In this document: positions 1-12,010 of the stretch, one piece after another
Layout: every line of letters starts with the position of its first letter
How positions within the stretch are numbered: the first letter of the stretch is position 1
From: Lama glama
Taxonomy: Eukaryota
DNA length: 64,000 nucleotides
Direction: 5' to 3'
Assembly: GCA_028534125.1 (NCBI GenBank)
Contig: CM052817.1
Location: forward strand, 80,354,001 to 80,418,000
Position numbers and translations under genes: made by a program
The notes under the pieces: model-generated
The model's input: only the letters and a program-made list of their open reading frames with translations
Databases searched by the model: none
What the model was told of the DNA's origin: nothing

Positions 1-7
1 GAATTTT

Positions 8-95
8 GTTTTGAGGGTTAAATGAGATGATAAATATGAAGGCACCAAGAAACAAGGCCAGACACATAAAGAGTGCTTCATAAGTGTTATTTCCC
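8..95 (+). mobile_element. MIR 3' fragment
   Basis: TTGAGGGTTAAATGAGATGATAAATATGAAGGCAC..GACACATAAAGAGTGCT. Confidence 0.65.
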
Positions 96-1989
96 TTCAT
101 TGTTTCCTCCTTTTATCAGTTCAATCTTTGTATTTACCACAACAGTATTGGATGATGTTACTACAAGATGGAGTACGTTTTGCATCGTCTCAATAACCAG
201 ATAATTTATCTGGAGCTAGATAATTGAGTTTGCTTCTTACCCTTTTCTTCAAAATGTAAAAGTCTTCTTAATATGGTGATTTTTAGGGTAATCATGAATC
301 TAGCTCTAGAAAAAAAAATCTTTCTACAGCAATTTGTTAGCGTTAAATACATTTCGCGTTAATTTTTCAAAAAGCTTTAGCTGCATCTAAATTTCGTCTG
401 TTTGTCTCTGTTTCACTAAAGTGATGTGTCTTGCCCTGAATCCCCTTTTGTAGTCTATGCCCTCCTGGGTCTAATAATCGTTCAAGGTCTTCGTGCCAGC
501 TTGACATAAAGAAATCACCTACCAGTGTGCCTCATTAATTCAAGAAGGTTTCTTTTCACTGTGCTTGAGCTATTATAGCTAATAAAGAGGAAGACGTAAG
601 TTACTTTTCTGTCTTGCTGATTAATAGTCCTTCTGACATCCTCTCTCGTCGCTCCCACACAGTGAAAACAGAAGGAGCAGTTACAACCACGTAGGCTATC
701 TCTGCTCTTCCTACGTGAAGCCTCTTGTGACTGTTTTCCCTAAACTAAAAATCAGGATCAATATATTAGAATCCAGTATAGATTGACTCTTTATATGATC
801 AGTCTAACAACATATCTGAGATAAGACCAAAGATCCAAAGCGGGACAGCACACCTTTTGGCCAGGTCTCAGGCTCTCTGTGTCGAGAGAGCAGCTAGCAG
901 CAGTGTTCCTGTCTCTAGGTGAAGCAGGGCACACAGTACTTAGCAGCCTCCTGTAGACATGCCTGCAACCTCCTTGTCCCGCCTGATCAGAAACTGCCCT
1001 TCGAAAACAGGGTGTTATAACCAGCTGGTCTGCTGTTCTTACTGGAGATCTTTGTTCTCTCTCTACTCTTTCTTGTGCATTTATCCTTAAAATTCTATAC
1101 CTATACCCCAGAATTTCAAAGTATTCTTTGCTTACCCAGCCTACTGAAATCATTGCTTTGTCATGAAACCATCATGACAACCCCATCCAGAAGTGGCTTC
1201 TCCTTTTGAACTCCTTTATACTGAATTCTGTTTCAGTTGTTTAGCTCTTAGGATATTTCTCCTTGTAGTTATTTTAACATGAGCAACCAGCCACCTCATG
1301 TTTCCTGAAACAAACTATAAAATTCTTTATGACAGAAATCAGGTTTTGTACTTCTTAGAAGTCTAGCAGAGCAAAACAGTTTGTCCACAGAATCAGTGGA
1401 CATTAATGTTGGATGAATGATAGATTTATGTGTTGATTCCGAGTCATTCTATGAACAAAAAATGTCAGTTTTAACATTCACTAAAGTGACAATAGTTTTA
1501 AACTTTTTTGTATGTGTTATCTATGTGAGTGCCTAGCTATGGGAACAGTGCTGTAGCAAAAGGACTAGACAAGCAAAAACAATTGATTTGTCTGAAGTCC
1601 ACAGCAAATAAGTGACAAACTCAGGACTCAGAAACCAAATCTTTCAGCTCCTCCTGAATGACTGACTCTTCATGCCTCTTGAGTCAACAGAAGAGTCTTT
1701 AAAACTTTTATAGTTCCTTTTGACATCTCTGAATCTTTGATAAAGGCTTGCTTACTCTTGTGGACACTGACTTAGCAAACTAAACAGCAAATATGAAACA
1801 TCTTTACATTTTTTATATGTACTTTTCAATATGTAGTTATTGTCTTTAGCTACCTTGATGTCATTTTCACAAAAATGTAAGCCACCTGAAGTTAGGAACT
1901 GGTTTTCTTTATTCATTTGCTGTATTTCTCAGGTATTGTGAATAAGACTTTCAGTTTAGAGGGAAAGACACATTAAAAACCAAGTTCTC

Positions 1990-2400
1990 TGTAGTGTATT
2001 TATGTGGCATGATATAATGATGTGCAGAGTACTATAGGAGAAAGAAGAGGAAGTGTAACTCATATTAACTGGGACTGAAGGAGGGGACAGTTGAGATGCG
2101 TCTTACTAGGTGAATAGGAGTTCCCCGAGTAGAGCAGGGCGGGGAAGGGAGCATCCCTGGCATACAGAAAGGCAGGCGCATGAAAGGACTTAGTGTGCTC
2201 CAGGTTCGGCTAAAGGTTGAAATATGGCTAGAAAGAGTCTGTGAGTGGAAGTGGTATGTGATCAAGCAGGGAAAGTAGGTGTGAAGGGCCTTGGACATCA
2301 TCTGAACTTGTTTTTTGCCTTTAAGCAGTGGAGAACCATTAAAGAACTTAATAAGAAATGTTGTGGTCAGATTTGTGTTATTGAAAGATTGGTGGCATTG
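1990..2400 (-). mobile_element. L2 fragment
   Basis: GGAGGGGACAGTTGAGATG..GGAAGGGAGCATCCCTGGCA..GCAGTGGAGAACCATTAAAG..GGTCAGATTTGTGTT is antisense L2 3' region. Confidence 0.7.
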
Positions 2401-5395
2401 GTGTCCAAAGCCACCGCTAGCTAGGCTGTGGAGCACCTTTATGTGAATTAGGAAAAGGTGAAAGATGTCTCACTTGGTGACAGATTTCTACCAGGGCAAA
2501 ACGCTTGTGAAGCAAAACGAGAACTTTCGTGAAAGTTCCTGTTTCATTAAGTCCTTATTCACCCCTTCAGCTTGGGATCCTTGTATGTACACAGCCTTCC
2601 CATTTGTACAGGGCTGACACATTTTTGGCTTGTCCACCTTTAAACATCCCTCAGTCAGTGCCTGCTACCACAGTACCTTGTATAAAGCTGATATGTATGC
2701 ATCAGATAAGCAAATTTAGATTTTAATACCAAATAAACAACTTCCTGTGACTTTAAGATTTGCCTCGTGAGCTCTTGGACAAAAATGTTTTGTGAATGGG
2801 ATTAATGGGGATTATTAAAGATGTCTTTTATACAACATCAGCACATTAAACCTGCCATGAGATGCACTACCTAATATGAATGGCTAAAATGGTGAAAATC
2901 AGGTGAATTATGTCTTCTGAACCAAATTATCACTTGTAACTGAATATAAGCCCTGACGGCAAGTACGTTATCTCTGCAGCTCTGTTACATGGCTAAAATG
3001 TGGCCACCTTGTAAATGAATCATGATAAAATCCTTCAGCGCAAAAGTCCGAATACACTAAAAGCAGATATTTAGACTGTAACTTTTAAGCAAGCTCGCCA
3101 CCCCACTCCTTCCCCCTTATCGTTTGATAAAAGCCAAGACCTAGACTTCAGTCCCTTCTTGACCATTTACTACAGTATTAGTTTGAACAAATTAGTTACC
3201 GTATCTAGAGCTCAGTTCTCATATTTTAATAAGGGAGTGGGAATATAGTTTTTATGATCCTTACTGGTGCTAAAAATCTGTGTGATTATATTCCTGTCAT
3301 AGATTAGATTTATTATACAAGGAATCTCCTAGGGGTTGGACCTCCAGGGATATATAACTTGGTTATGTTTTCCTTACAGTGCTTCCAGAGACCTGGCATC
3401 TTGGGATCATGGTCAGTGTCTCAGTCCTTGCTACTGTTGCCTAGAGATCCTAATCATGTCATCAGAGGAATGGGAACCTTGAAAGACTGACAGTTCATAG
3501 AATTTGGGTTTTAATAAAATTCTCCTTAGCAAACTTTAACAGTTTCTCACTGAATGGAAATGAAAGTTTTACCTGCTCAGAGATTCCCATCCCAGGGATT
3601 TTTCTTCTTGATACCTTTGGTTTTCCTGCTTTTCAGCTTCCTTAGGAACAGCTAGTCAAGTTCAATGTCTATGATTCCGGAAGTGTTAGGATAAAAAGTC
3701 ATAAAACAGAAATATGCATCAGCCCACTTTTTTTCTAAACTCTTTGTTAGGAAAGTAAGTTATAATGTATAAAGTTACAGAGAAATGTAAACATGCTCTA
3801 AATTTCCAAACTTGAACTTCTCCTTAAATTGGCAATAAAAAGAACCTTAATTCAGCTTACCTGAAGGCTATTTTATATAGGATGTTTACACCAAAGCAAA
3901 TCATCCTCCAGAACACCTTGTGCTGCCATTCCTGTAGTACTGACTCCTTGCCAGATGTTTAAAACTGCTGTCAGATTACAAGAAGCATTAGTCAGAAAGG
4001 AAATGGATGTTGAATGAAAGGCTGGCTGGCAGCAAACTTAGTATAGCATGTTATAACCGAAAGTATTAAGTACTGAGGCCCCTTTATAAAGGGAAGCAAT
4101 ATATCAAGGCAACAAGTTCATCAATACCTACCTGATAATCTAGTCCCCAAGCCTGGTGTCCAGGCTAAATGTGTATCTGTGAAAAATTACTCAAGCAAGT
4201 AGTAATGCTGATTTGAGCATTTTAACCTTCCACTTTGTTTCTCTTCTTCCAAATTCTTAGTCTTTCTATTGACTCATGCAGATACTCCAGAATGGTTTTT
4301 TGCACAAACATTTCATCTGTGCTTCTTCGTCATCAAAAGAATGATCAAACTGGGGGGATTCTACCAACCTGAGAGGCTTGTGATTTTAAAAAGACGTGTA
4401 AAGCACGCTATTAATTCTGTATAGATACTAGTAGAGCTGGATATTAATGTTTGGTTATTTGAGGTGAAGTTAGGCTAATTTCTAATAATAGTCTTAATTG
4501 ATCTATATATGAAAAGTATGCCACTGATACAAGTGAAAACTGTTTCTTCTTTTAAGAACAGTTTGTAAGGTCTCCACTTAATAGATCTTTTGTCTAGAAT
4601 AGAGGAGATGATTCACATAAGTGCATATGTATACTTGTCCTAGTACACATAGCAAGTGGTCAATAAATCATTTTTGTTGTGTTTTTATAAGTCAGCCAAT
4701 CCAATTTAATTGATCTCTAATATAAAAATTTTACATTTTGCTTAATTTTTCTATATTTTTTGTCTTAGATTTTAGGAATACTCATGAGTGTTTCATGTGT
4801 AGGTCATGTTTTTAGTTTTGATGATGTATTCTTTCAATTCAAACTATATTTCATAGTTACATGCAGTATTGATTTCAGCTGTTTATAAACATCTGCAATC
4901 TCTGTTTCTTTTTAAAGATGTATACTTTTCTTTTGTTACTTTCAGGTGTGTAAAGCTCATGTTTCTTTACAAACTATCTCCATAATACCCATATTTTAGT
5001 ATATTTATTAAGGTAATTTCTAGTTCCTTGTGTACAGCTTAATTTTTTTAATATAAGTTTTTTTTAATTAAAAAGAAAAAAATAGTGAACTTAGCATTTC
5101 TAGTAGAATGATTAGTTAGGAAATAAGCATAGCTAATTACTGTGCCCTTTCATTGTAGGTTGGGATTGAACTCAGGTGTTCAGGTAAGACCCAGAAATCT
5201 AACACTAAGGGCAGAAGCACCACATGATTGTCATTCAGTGCTTGATGGTGACGTAGGAATGCTCTCATTTGTCATCCCCAGATGACAGTAATTCTGAGTT
5301 CTCAAAGGTTTCACTGTATTAAAATGTTACTAAAAGTCTATAAAATTCATTGTTTAGAGTTGCGAGGCAGTCATTAAATTATTCTTAAATATAAT

Positions 5396-5472
5396 CTCTA
5401 CTATATTTTAGATATTTAAAAATCGAATCTTAACCTCTAGTATATTTTAGATATTTAAAAACAGAATCTAAC
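5396..5472. repeat. Tandem duplication, ~39-bp unit x2
   Basis: CTCTA(c/g)TATATTTTAGATATTTAAAAA(tc/ca)GAATCT(t)AAC repeated at 5396 and 5435. Confidence 0.9.
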
Positions 5473-6059
5473 CTTGCCTTAGACTTCAAAGGAAAGTCAA
5501 AAGAATTAATATTTGCAGGGCTGTCTTTTGTTTATGTTTTTAACCTTGAAGTATTATTTCTGGTATGCTTTAATAATAGCTAGCTCCATTTTTACTATTA
5601 AAATCTGGAAAATGGGTTTTGCTTTTATATTTGTAGGAAAGTTCCCTTCTTCATTTAGAAGCCAAAAAAAAAAAATAGATATATTACATATGCCACTTTT
5701 ATCATTGTGGAAGTTCCAAATCATAAATTAGCCCTTTTCTCTTTTTCTTCAGAATTAAAGAAAAATTACTTAAACTCTTTGGCATTTGGACAAAACCTTC
5801 TTTCAGTGGTAGCAAAAGTAGCCCCTTGGCATATTTTTATTCACTTCAAATGAATCCTTAAGGAGTGACTTTATATTTAAAAGCAAGAATTGTATTTAGT
5901 TTGCCTAGTATTAACTTCTTGCCAGAATTCTTAAAAATATTAAAGGTCAAACACACTGAACAATAGTAGTCCCAGCATTTTTTTTTTCTTTCTTTGTATC
6001 ATAAAGCTGGGTCAGAACTGGAGATTAGGAAGGAGATGAATCCCAAAGTTGTCAATTCA

Positions 6060-6085
6060 GTGCTCGCTTCGGCAGCGCATATACA
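6060..6085 (+). pseudogene. 3'-truncated (tailless) U6 snRNA retropseudogene with 15-bp target-site duplication
   Basis: GTGCTCGCTTCGGCAGCGCATATAC matches U6 nt 1-25 with one mismatch. It is flanked by the perfect direct repeat AAAGTTGTCAATTCA at 6045-6059 and 6086-6100. Confidence 0.92.
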
Positions 6086-7141
6086 AAAGTTGTCAATTCA
6101 AAGTGAACCTTTTTTTTATACAACTGAATTGGTCATAATGGGCATGAAATATGTATACATGCACAGCTTTACAAATCCTGTCTGCCATTTCATTTATGGC
6201 TTCCTTACAGTTTAATAAAAGACATTTATGCTATGCGATTAATATTGTATACCTGCTATGTACAACACATCAAAAACCTTTTGCTGTGTCTGTTTTTTTT
6301 TTTTAATCCTATAGGGATAGTTTCATGAATAAATTATACCCTCATTGCTTTTAAATTAGATTTTTAAAAATAATTCTTTACAAAAATTCAGAACATTTAT
6401 TATGTAGAACAAATTACATTAATATTTTCATTTACTTTGTACTTGTATATAAAACTAGAAATCAAACATTGAATTTTAGGGACATAATTCAAGTAAGTAT
6501 AAAACTTGGTTGATATTATACATTATAAATTATGTAAAAATTGAAACACATTAGAGCCCAGCTTTAACATAATCTGGCTTATTATAAAATCTGGTTTAAT
6601 GTAGGCATGACTTGGATCCTAACCCAAGTGGTTTATTGCAATTAGTACCCCAAAACCTCATTATAATAATTTTTTATAATGATATTTTATAGGATAAAAT
6701 AGCATATAGCTATGTTCTGTGCTATTTTGAATTTTCATTTTTGCCTGCTCCACTAGTGAAACATCCTGAGGACCTCCAAGGGGTCTGAACATAACTTTTA
6801 CGGGTGTTTAAAGAATCACTTGACTTGCTGCCTGAACCATCTACATCTAGAAACTTTGTTTAAATATAGCTTAATATAGCTTATGCCTTACAAGCTCACC
6901 ACCTGTGAAAACTGTATGTTTTCTACAGTAGATTATACTTTTGATGATCAATTCACATTTATAGTCATATAACAGTCAAAATATAGAATAAAATGAAAGA
7001 GAATATTGCTCCCATTTTATGTGCTTCACAGAGAAAGCCACAGGCTGAGTAAAAAAAAGAGAGAGATCTTAGTGCCTAATAAGTTTGAAGTTTTCTTTCT
7101 TCTTTTTCCTAATAGTAATTGCTTATAATTTTTTAAAGAGT

Positions 7142-7270
7142 CTGCTGTGGCTGAATTCTGTCCCTGTGAAATTCATATGTTGAGACCCTAGACCCCATCA
7201 TGACTGTATTTGGAGATAGAGCCTGTAAGGAAAAGAGGTAACCAGGGTTAAGGGAAGTGATATGGGTGAT
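7142..7270 (+). mobile_element. MaLR LTR (MLT1/MST-like) 5' fragment
   Basis: TGCTGTGGCTGAATTCTGTCCC..AAATTCATATGTTGA..TGACTGTATTTGGAGATAG. Confidence 0.75.
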
Positions 7271-7879
7271 TTCAGCCTGAATTGTCTTTGAGAATTGGAT
7301 GAGTATAGGCAAAACATTTACTGTAAGTTGTCTTTTGAGAATTCAGAATATCCTTATCCCTGGAAGCAATGTTTCTCTGTTGGGTAGTTTCCAAGCTAGT
7401 CCCCTGAAGTGTATTACACCCTAGTGTATGGTAACCTAACAGTAGTAGACACAAGTCTTAGGTCCTGGAAGCAGGAGAGCATGCACTATTAGAGCCAACC
7501 AGAGGGGAAAGGAGGGTTTTTCCCTAGGCGCAGGGCCAGTCCTATGAAGGATTAGATTAAACGAAGTTTGTCTTCACTTCATCTCTGTATAACTTTTCAC
7601 CTTTCCTCTTCCGAGTCCCCTGCCCCACTTCCAGCATCTTTTAGACCTCCTTTTCTGAGTGTTTTTTTTCCAGTCTCAATCAATTGGTTAGAAAACAACT
7701 GATTATAAACTCACTATATAATGCCAAATAATCAAGATCATTCCCAGAGGTATCTACATCTTTTTTAAATTTGTTTATCTGTTCATTCAAGGACATGTTG
7801 ATTGCTTACAAGTTTAATATATAAAGCTTGAGTAAAGCTTTTATAAACATAAGTACAAGTCTTGTTTGTGGACTTAAGA

Positions 7880-8110
7880 CTTCATCTTCTTTGGTGAGCT
7901 GTCTGTTCAGATCTTTTGCCCATTTTTAATTGGTTTGTTTTCTAATTTTTAGATTTCAAGAGTTCTCTGTATGTTTTGGATACCACTCCTTTATCAGATT
8001 TGTGTTGTCTAAAGATTTTTTTCCATAGTTTGTGGCTCATCTTTTTGCTCTCTAAATGTTGTCTTTTGTAGAACAGAAATTTTAATTGTAATGAATTATT
8101 GATTTTTCTC
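7880..8110 (-). mobile_element. Old L1 ORF2 fragment
   Basis: TCTTCTTTGGTGAGCTGTCTGTTCAGATCTTTTGCCCATTTTTAATTGG..TTTTGGATACCACTCCTTTATCAGAT is typical antisense L1M sequence. Confidence 0.8.
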
Positions 8111-10339
8111 TTTCAAAGTATCAATAAGGTATTAAATGTATTCTTTCTGTAAAAAAAACTACTTTGAATTAATTTATGCTTTGTAAATGTTTATAGATAA
8201 AAACCACCACATTTGCTTAATAGCTGACTTTTGTCCTCAAAATTGTGATTTAACTTGGGCACATGTAGTGTTTTATATGTAGATCATACGTTACACAATG
8301 GCACTACGACGATAAGGCCATGTGTTAAACATGCGAACCACCTTGTCTTTAAAGCCGTATGCCTTGCTTTTCCTGCTTCTTATCAACTGTAGAGCTGCTG
8401 TTGTCTCCCTTGTTTTAAAGGTTACATCTGCCCCACCCCTGAAATGGGGATAAACTATCTTATTAGATGAGAAAAACAAGGATATTTAGGAACATTTTGT
8501 TGTCTAGGTACAGCTTCATATACAGCTATTTGTTTGAGTCTTTTGTACCCACACAGTTTAGACATAACTTCTTCCAGAAAGCCATTTCTAACCTCCAGCC
8601 GGGACTATATAATTTTACTATGTATCCCATAACACCTTGCATGTTTCCCTTTCATACCGAGATTTTTGGGTTTGTGGTTTTTAGAAACAAAAAACAAAAT
8701 GTCAAGGCAGGATCAGTAAAAGTAGCTGTAGTTGGTTTTGAGAATCTTGACATCATGAGTTAGGATCCAGCCAGACCAGGTAGTTTAAGCTAAAATGGGT
8801 TCTTCAATTTAGCACTAGGTCAAGATGGGGAAAGTTGTTAAAAATATCTTAACACATACAGTGTAATAAAGCTCTAGCAGATTTTATTGACGTATCTTTA
8901 TATGTTTCTATGTAATAGTTTCTGATGATTTCTCATTCCTCCAGTATGGCTATGGTAAATATTTTGGTTACTTTGGAATCTAAACCACATGTCTTGATGC
9001 TATTATCTCATACTGTCTGTGTCCACAAGTCCTCTTTTTATTTCAGGGCTATTATTGCAAAGTCACGGAATGTGTGCTTCCTCAACATAGCCTTTAACAG
9101 CAAAGCTCTTAAAAACTAATTTCCAAAAAGGGCTTTAATTCTCCAGTTTGCTCACCAGAATGCACATTATGCCTGTGTGGGAGTACAGTTCCATTCTGAC
9201 TGAAACCCTATGTCTGTGCTCTCTTTGGTGGCCACATCCTCCCTTCAGGCCTGCATTCATCTGAATACCGTGGCACAAGGAAAGGTGATTACATACCTTT
9301 CAGCAAAGGATTTCTTTCATGGGCTCTAAACTGAAGTCACACCCACCTGTTTTACAGAAACGTGCAGACCATGTGCCTTGCAGTGTGCCAGTGTTAAGTA
9401 TGGCCCCTGAATCAGTATCCAGCTACTTTGTCTAGGCACTTCTGATTTCTGTTACGTGTGCCACAGGAACCCACTCAACACGCTGTATGGTACCCTGGTC
9501 ATTTCCAACTGCTGAATTGTAAGCTTCCCCAAGATAGGATCTGTGTCACGTCTTTGTATCCCCAGAACTTAAGCATTTAAGATCTGCTTCATAATTTTTT
9601 AATAAAAGAATAAGTGACTAGATGAAAAATGAAGCGCCTCATAGATCTGGATACTGTGAACTTCATACTAACTCTCATCTCACTTTCTTCAGAAAATAGC
9701 CGTTATTTACACGTACACACACGTTTGTAAAAAACGGTAAAACCAGCAACTCATTATATGCTTTCTGGTGATTTTTATATACTTTATGGTAAATTAACAT
9801 AATAACCTATCTTAACAGAACAGTGGAAAAAGATTAGTGGAAAAGTATTTCATCATGCAAAGGCATATTGGAAAAGCTGTTAAGAGTAACTAAAATGTAA
9901 GCACTTAGTGACTCTTAGCCACTGTTCTTACTTAAGACTTTATAAGCATCATCTCATTTGTGTCTTCCAGCAACCCTCTCAGATAGGTACTACCTTGTAC
10001 CCTTGATTCTAAGATGCCATCAATTATAAGAGACACCATTAAATTAATAATAGCTTTGCAGTAACTGTGTTGAAGGCATGGAGACTGCCACTTTAATGTT
10101 CACATCTATTTTATGACAGATACTAATTTTAAAAGTTAAACATTTAGAAAAGCATATCTTAGTAACATCCTTAAGTACTTTAGAAATTGAGGTCCAGGCT
10201 GCAAGATCCGGCATGCTGGCATGGTTCTACACACAGGTGGCTCTGCATGTTGAGACTGAGTTCTGAGACACAGAATTGTTGAACCTGTAGGGTGACCTGT
10301 AGAAACTGAATATCGTTAAACAAATTTATGAAACTTCTC

Positions 10340-12010
10340 ATTAAGCGTGCTAACCTGAACAAACTCATTTACATCTACTCCCTTCTGAATCCTTACTAAA
10401 ATGAAAGTAAAGAATAAGAATTGTATAAACCAGGCATGACAGAGAAAATGAGGAAGATGACAGCCAATGAAAAATTTAAGTAAAACTGTTGAAGCTGGAT
10501 GATAAATGAGCAGGTTAAGGGAATGCTGAAACCTGCAGGCAAGAGAAACAAATAAGCAGCTGATTTCCACAACAGAACTCAAGACTCAGGAAAGGAATTA
10601 GAATACAGGGCTGAAGAAAAAGGGAAAGGGCTGTTGCAGGTCTTTACAAAGAGGAGGTAGGTTCTCAGAGTGTTTTCCGGGCTCCTACCAGACCAGAGAT
10701 GACCCCCAGCAATAAATTGAAGCTTTATTTTCAGAAAAATTGAGCTAAAGAGGTTCTGGACATTAAGATACCAATTCCATCTGAAGATGGGGGAGTGGTG
10801 ACATGTCAAACCAAGAAACAGGGTATTGAGGGAAGATCTGTGTACCTCATGCGGAGACATCCAAGGCCCTGCCCTTGCTCTGCTCCTGCTGTGCTGGCAG
10901 CCAGACAGAATATTGGAACTTCGCTCTCTAGAGAAACTGATGATTAGTCTAAGAAAAAGCTTTACAGATACTTACATCTAGGGAAGTAATGGTAGTGAAG
11001 ATGACCGGCTGTTAAGCTTCACTCATGCACTCAGAGTTTCCAAGTGGAATTTTAGTTTCTCATTCCTAAACATGAATGGAAAACTGGGCAACACTAATAT
11101 TTGAATAAAGCTTCTAATATGAAAGACACTCTAAAACAAATACAGGGAAATAGAGAGAGTGAGGGAGCAGATGAAAAAAGAGATAAGAAAAAGATACTAC
11201 AATGATGAAACAAGCAACAGGAGTTCTAAAAAAGAACATTTAATTGTTCCTTAATTAAAAATTTAAAATGTTCAGGTAGAAGAAGTTTTAAATGCAGTAG
11301 GGGAGGGTATAGCTCCATGATAGAGCATGTGCTTAGTTAGCATGCATGAGGTCCTCGGTTCAATCCCCAGTACCTCCATTTAAATAAATAAATAAGTAAA
11401 CCTAATTCCTCCCCACACACACAAATTAAAGAAAAAAGTAAACTGCTAAGTGCAATAGAAACATTGGAAGAAAAAGTTAAGTAAGTTTCCCAGAAAACAA
11501 AACAAAAGGACAAGGAGACAGGAATTGGAGAAATTGAGACATGACTAATACAGGGTCTCAGAAAAAGCAAACAAATGAGAGGAAAGAAAACTATCAAAAT
11601 TTCTTTCCACAAATTGAAGAACATAAGTTTCTAGATGGCAATGCTGTACTAAGTGTCAGGTCCCAAGCCATCACATAACAAAGGATGAAGAATTTGGATT
11701 GCCGCACGATTCTCTGCAGCAACAGTAGACGCCATAGGACAGGAGAGCAGCTATGCTCTTAAGTTCCTGAGGGGAAATAATTTCCAACCTAGAGTTCTAT
11801 ATCCAAACTGTAAAATCAAATGTGAAGGTGAAATAAATACATTTCAGACATGCAAGGTCTAAAACAAATTTATCTCCATGCACCTCTTTTTAGGAAGCTA
11901 ATGGTGGATGTGTTCCACCAAAAACAGGGAAAACACATGGGGTCCAGGAAGCAAGCAGTTCAACATAGGAGAGTGGGGAAGGGAATGCCCAGGGAGATGT
12001 CAACAGAAGT
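10340..12010 (+). mobile_element. Ancient HAL1/L1-ORF1-like element (5' region plus decayed ORF1), interrupted by the SINE at 11300
   Basis: A-rich + strand. TTTCCAACCTAGAGTTCTATATCCA..AAATAAATACATTTCAGACATGCAAGGTCT resembles the L1 ORF1 C-terminal region, and GATGTGTTCCACCAAAA..ACATGGGGTCCAGGAAGCA resembles HAL1. Confidence 0.6.
11300..11440 (+). mobile_element. tRNA-Ala-derived SINE (camelid vic-1-like)
   Basis: GGGGAGGGTATAGCTC..TAGAGCATGTGCTTAG..CATGCATGAGGTCCTCGGTTCAATCCCCAGTACCTCCA has A/B boxes and a tRNA-Ala(AGC)-like body, then (TAAA)n and an A-rich tail. Confidence 0.85.

Noticed and set aside
6060..6085. Functional U6 snRNA gene
   Set aside because: Only the first ~25 nt are present, there is no ACAGAGA box or T-run terminator, and it is flanked by a TSD.
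11300..11378. Functional tRNA-Ala gene
   Set aside because: Acceptor stem and anticodon loop are disrupted (TTAG duplication), there is a SINE-type tail, and related dispersed copies occur in the window.
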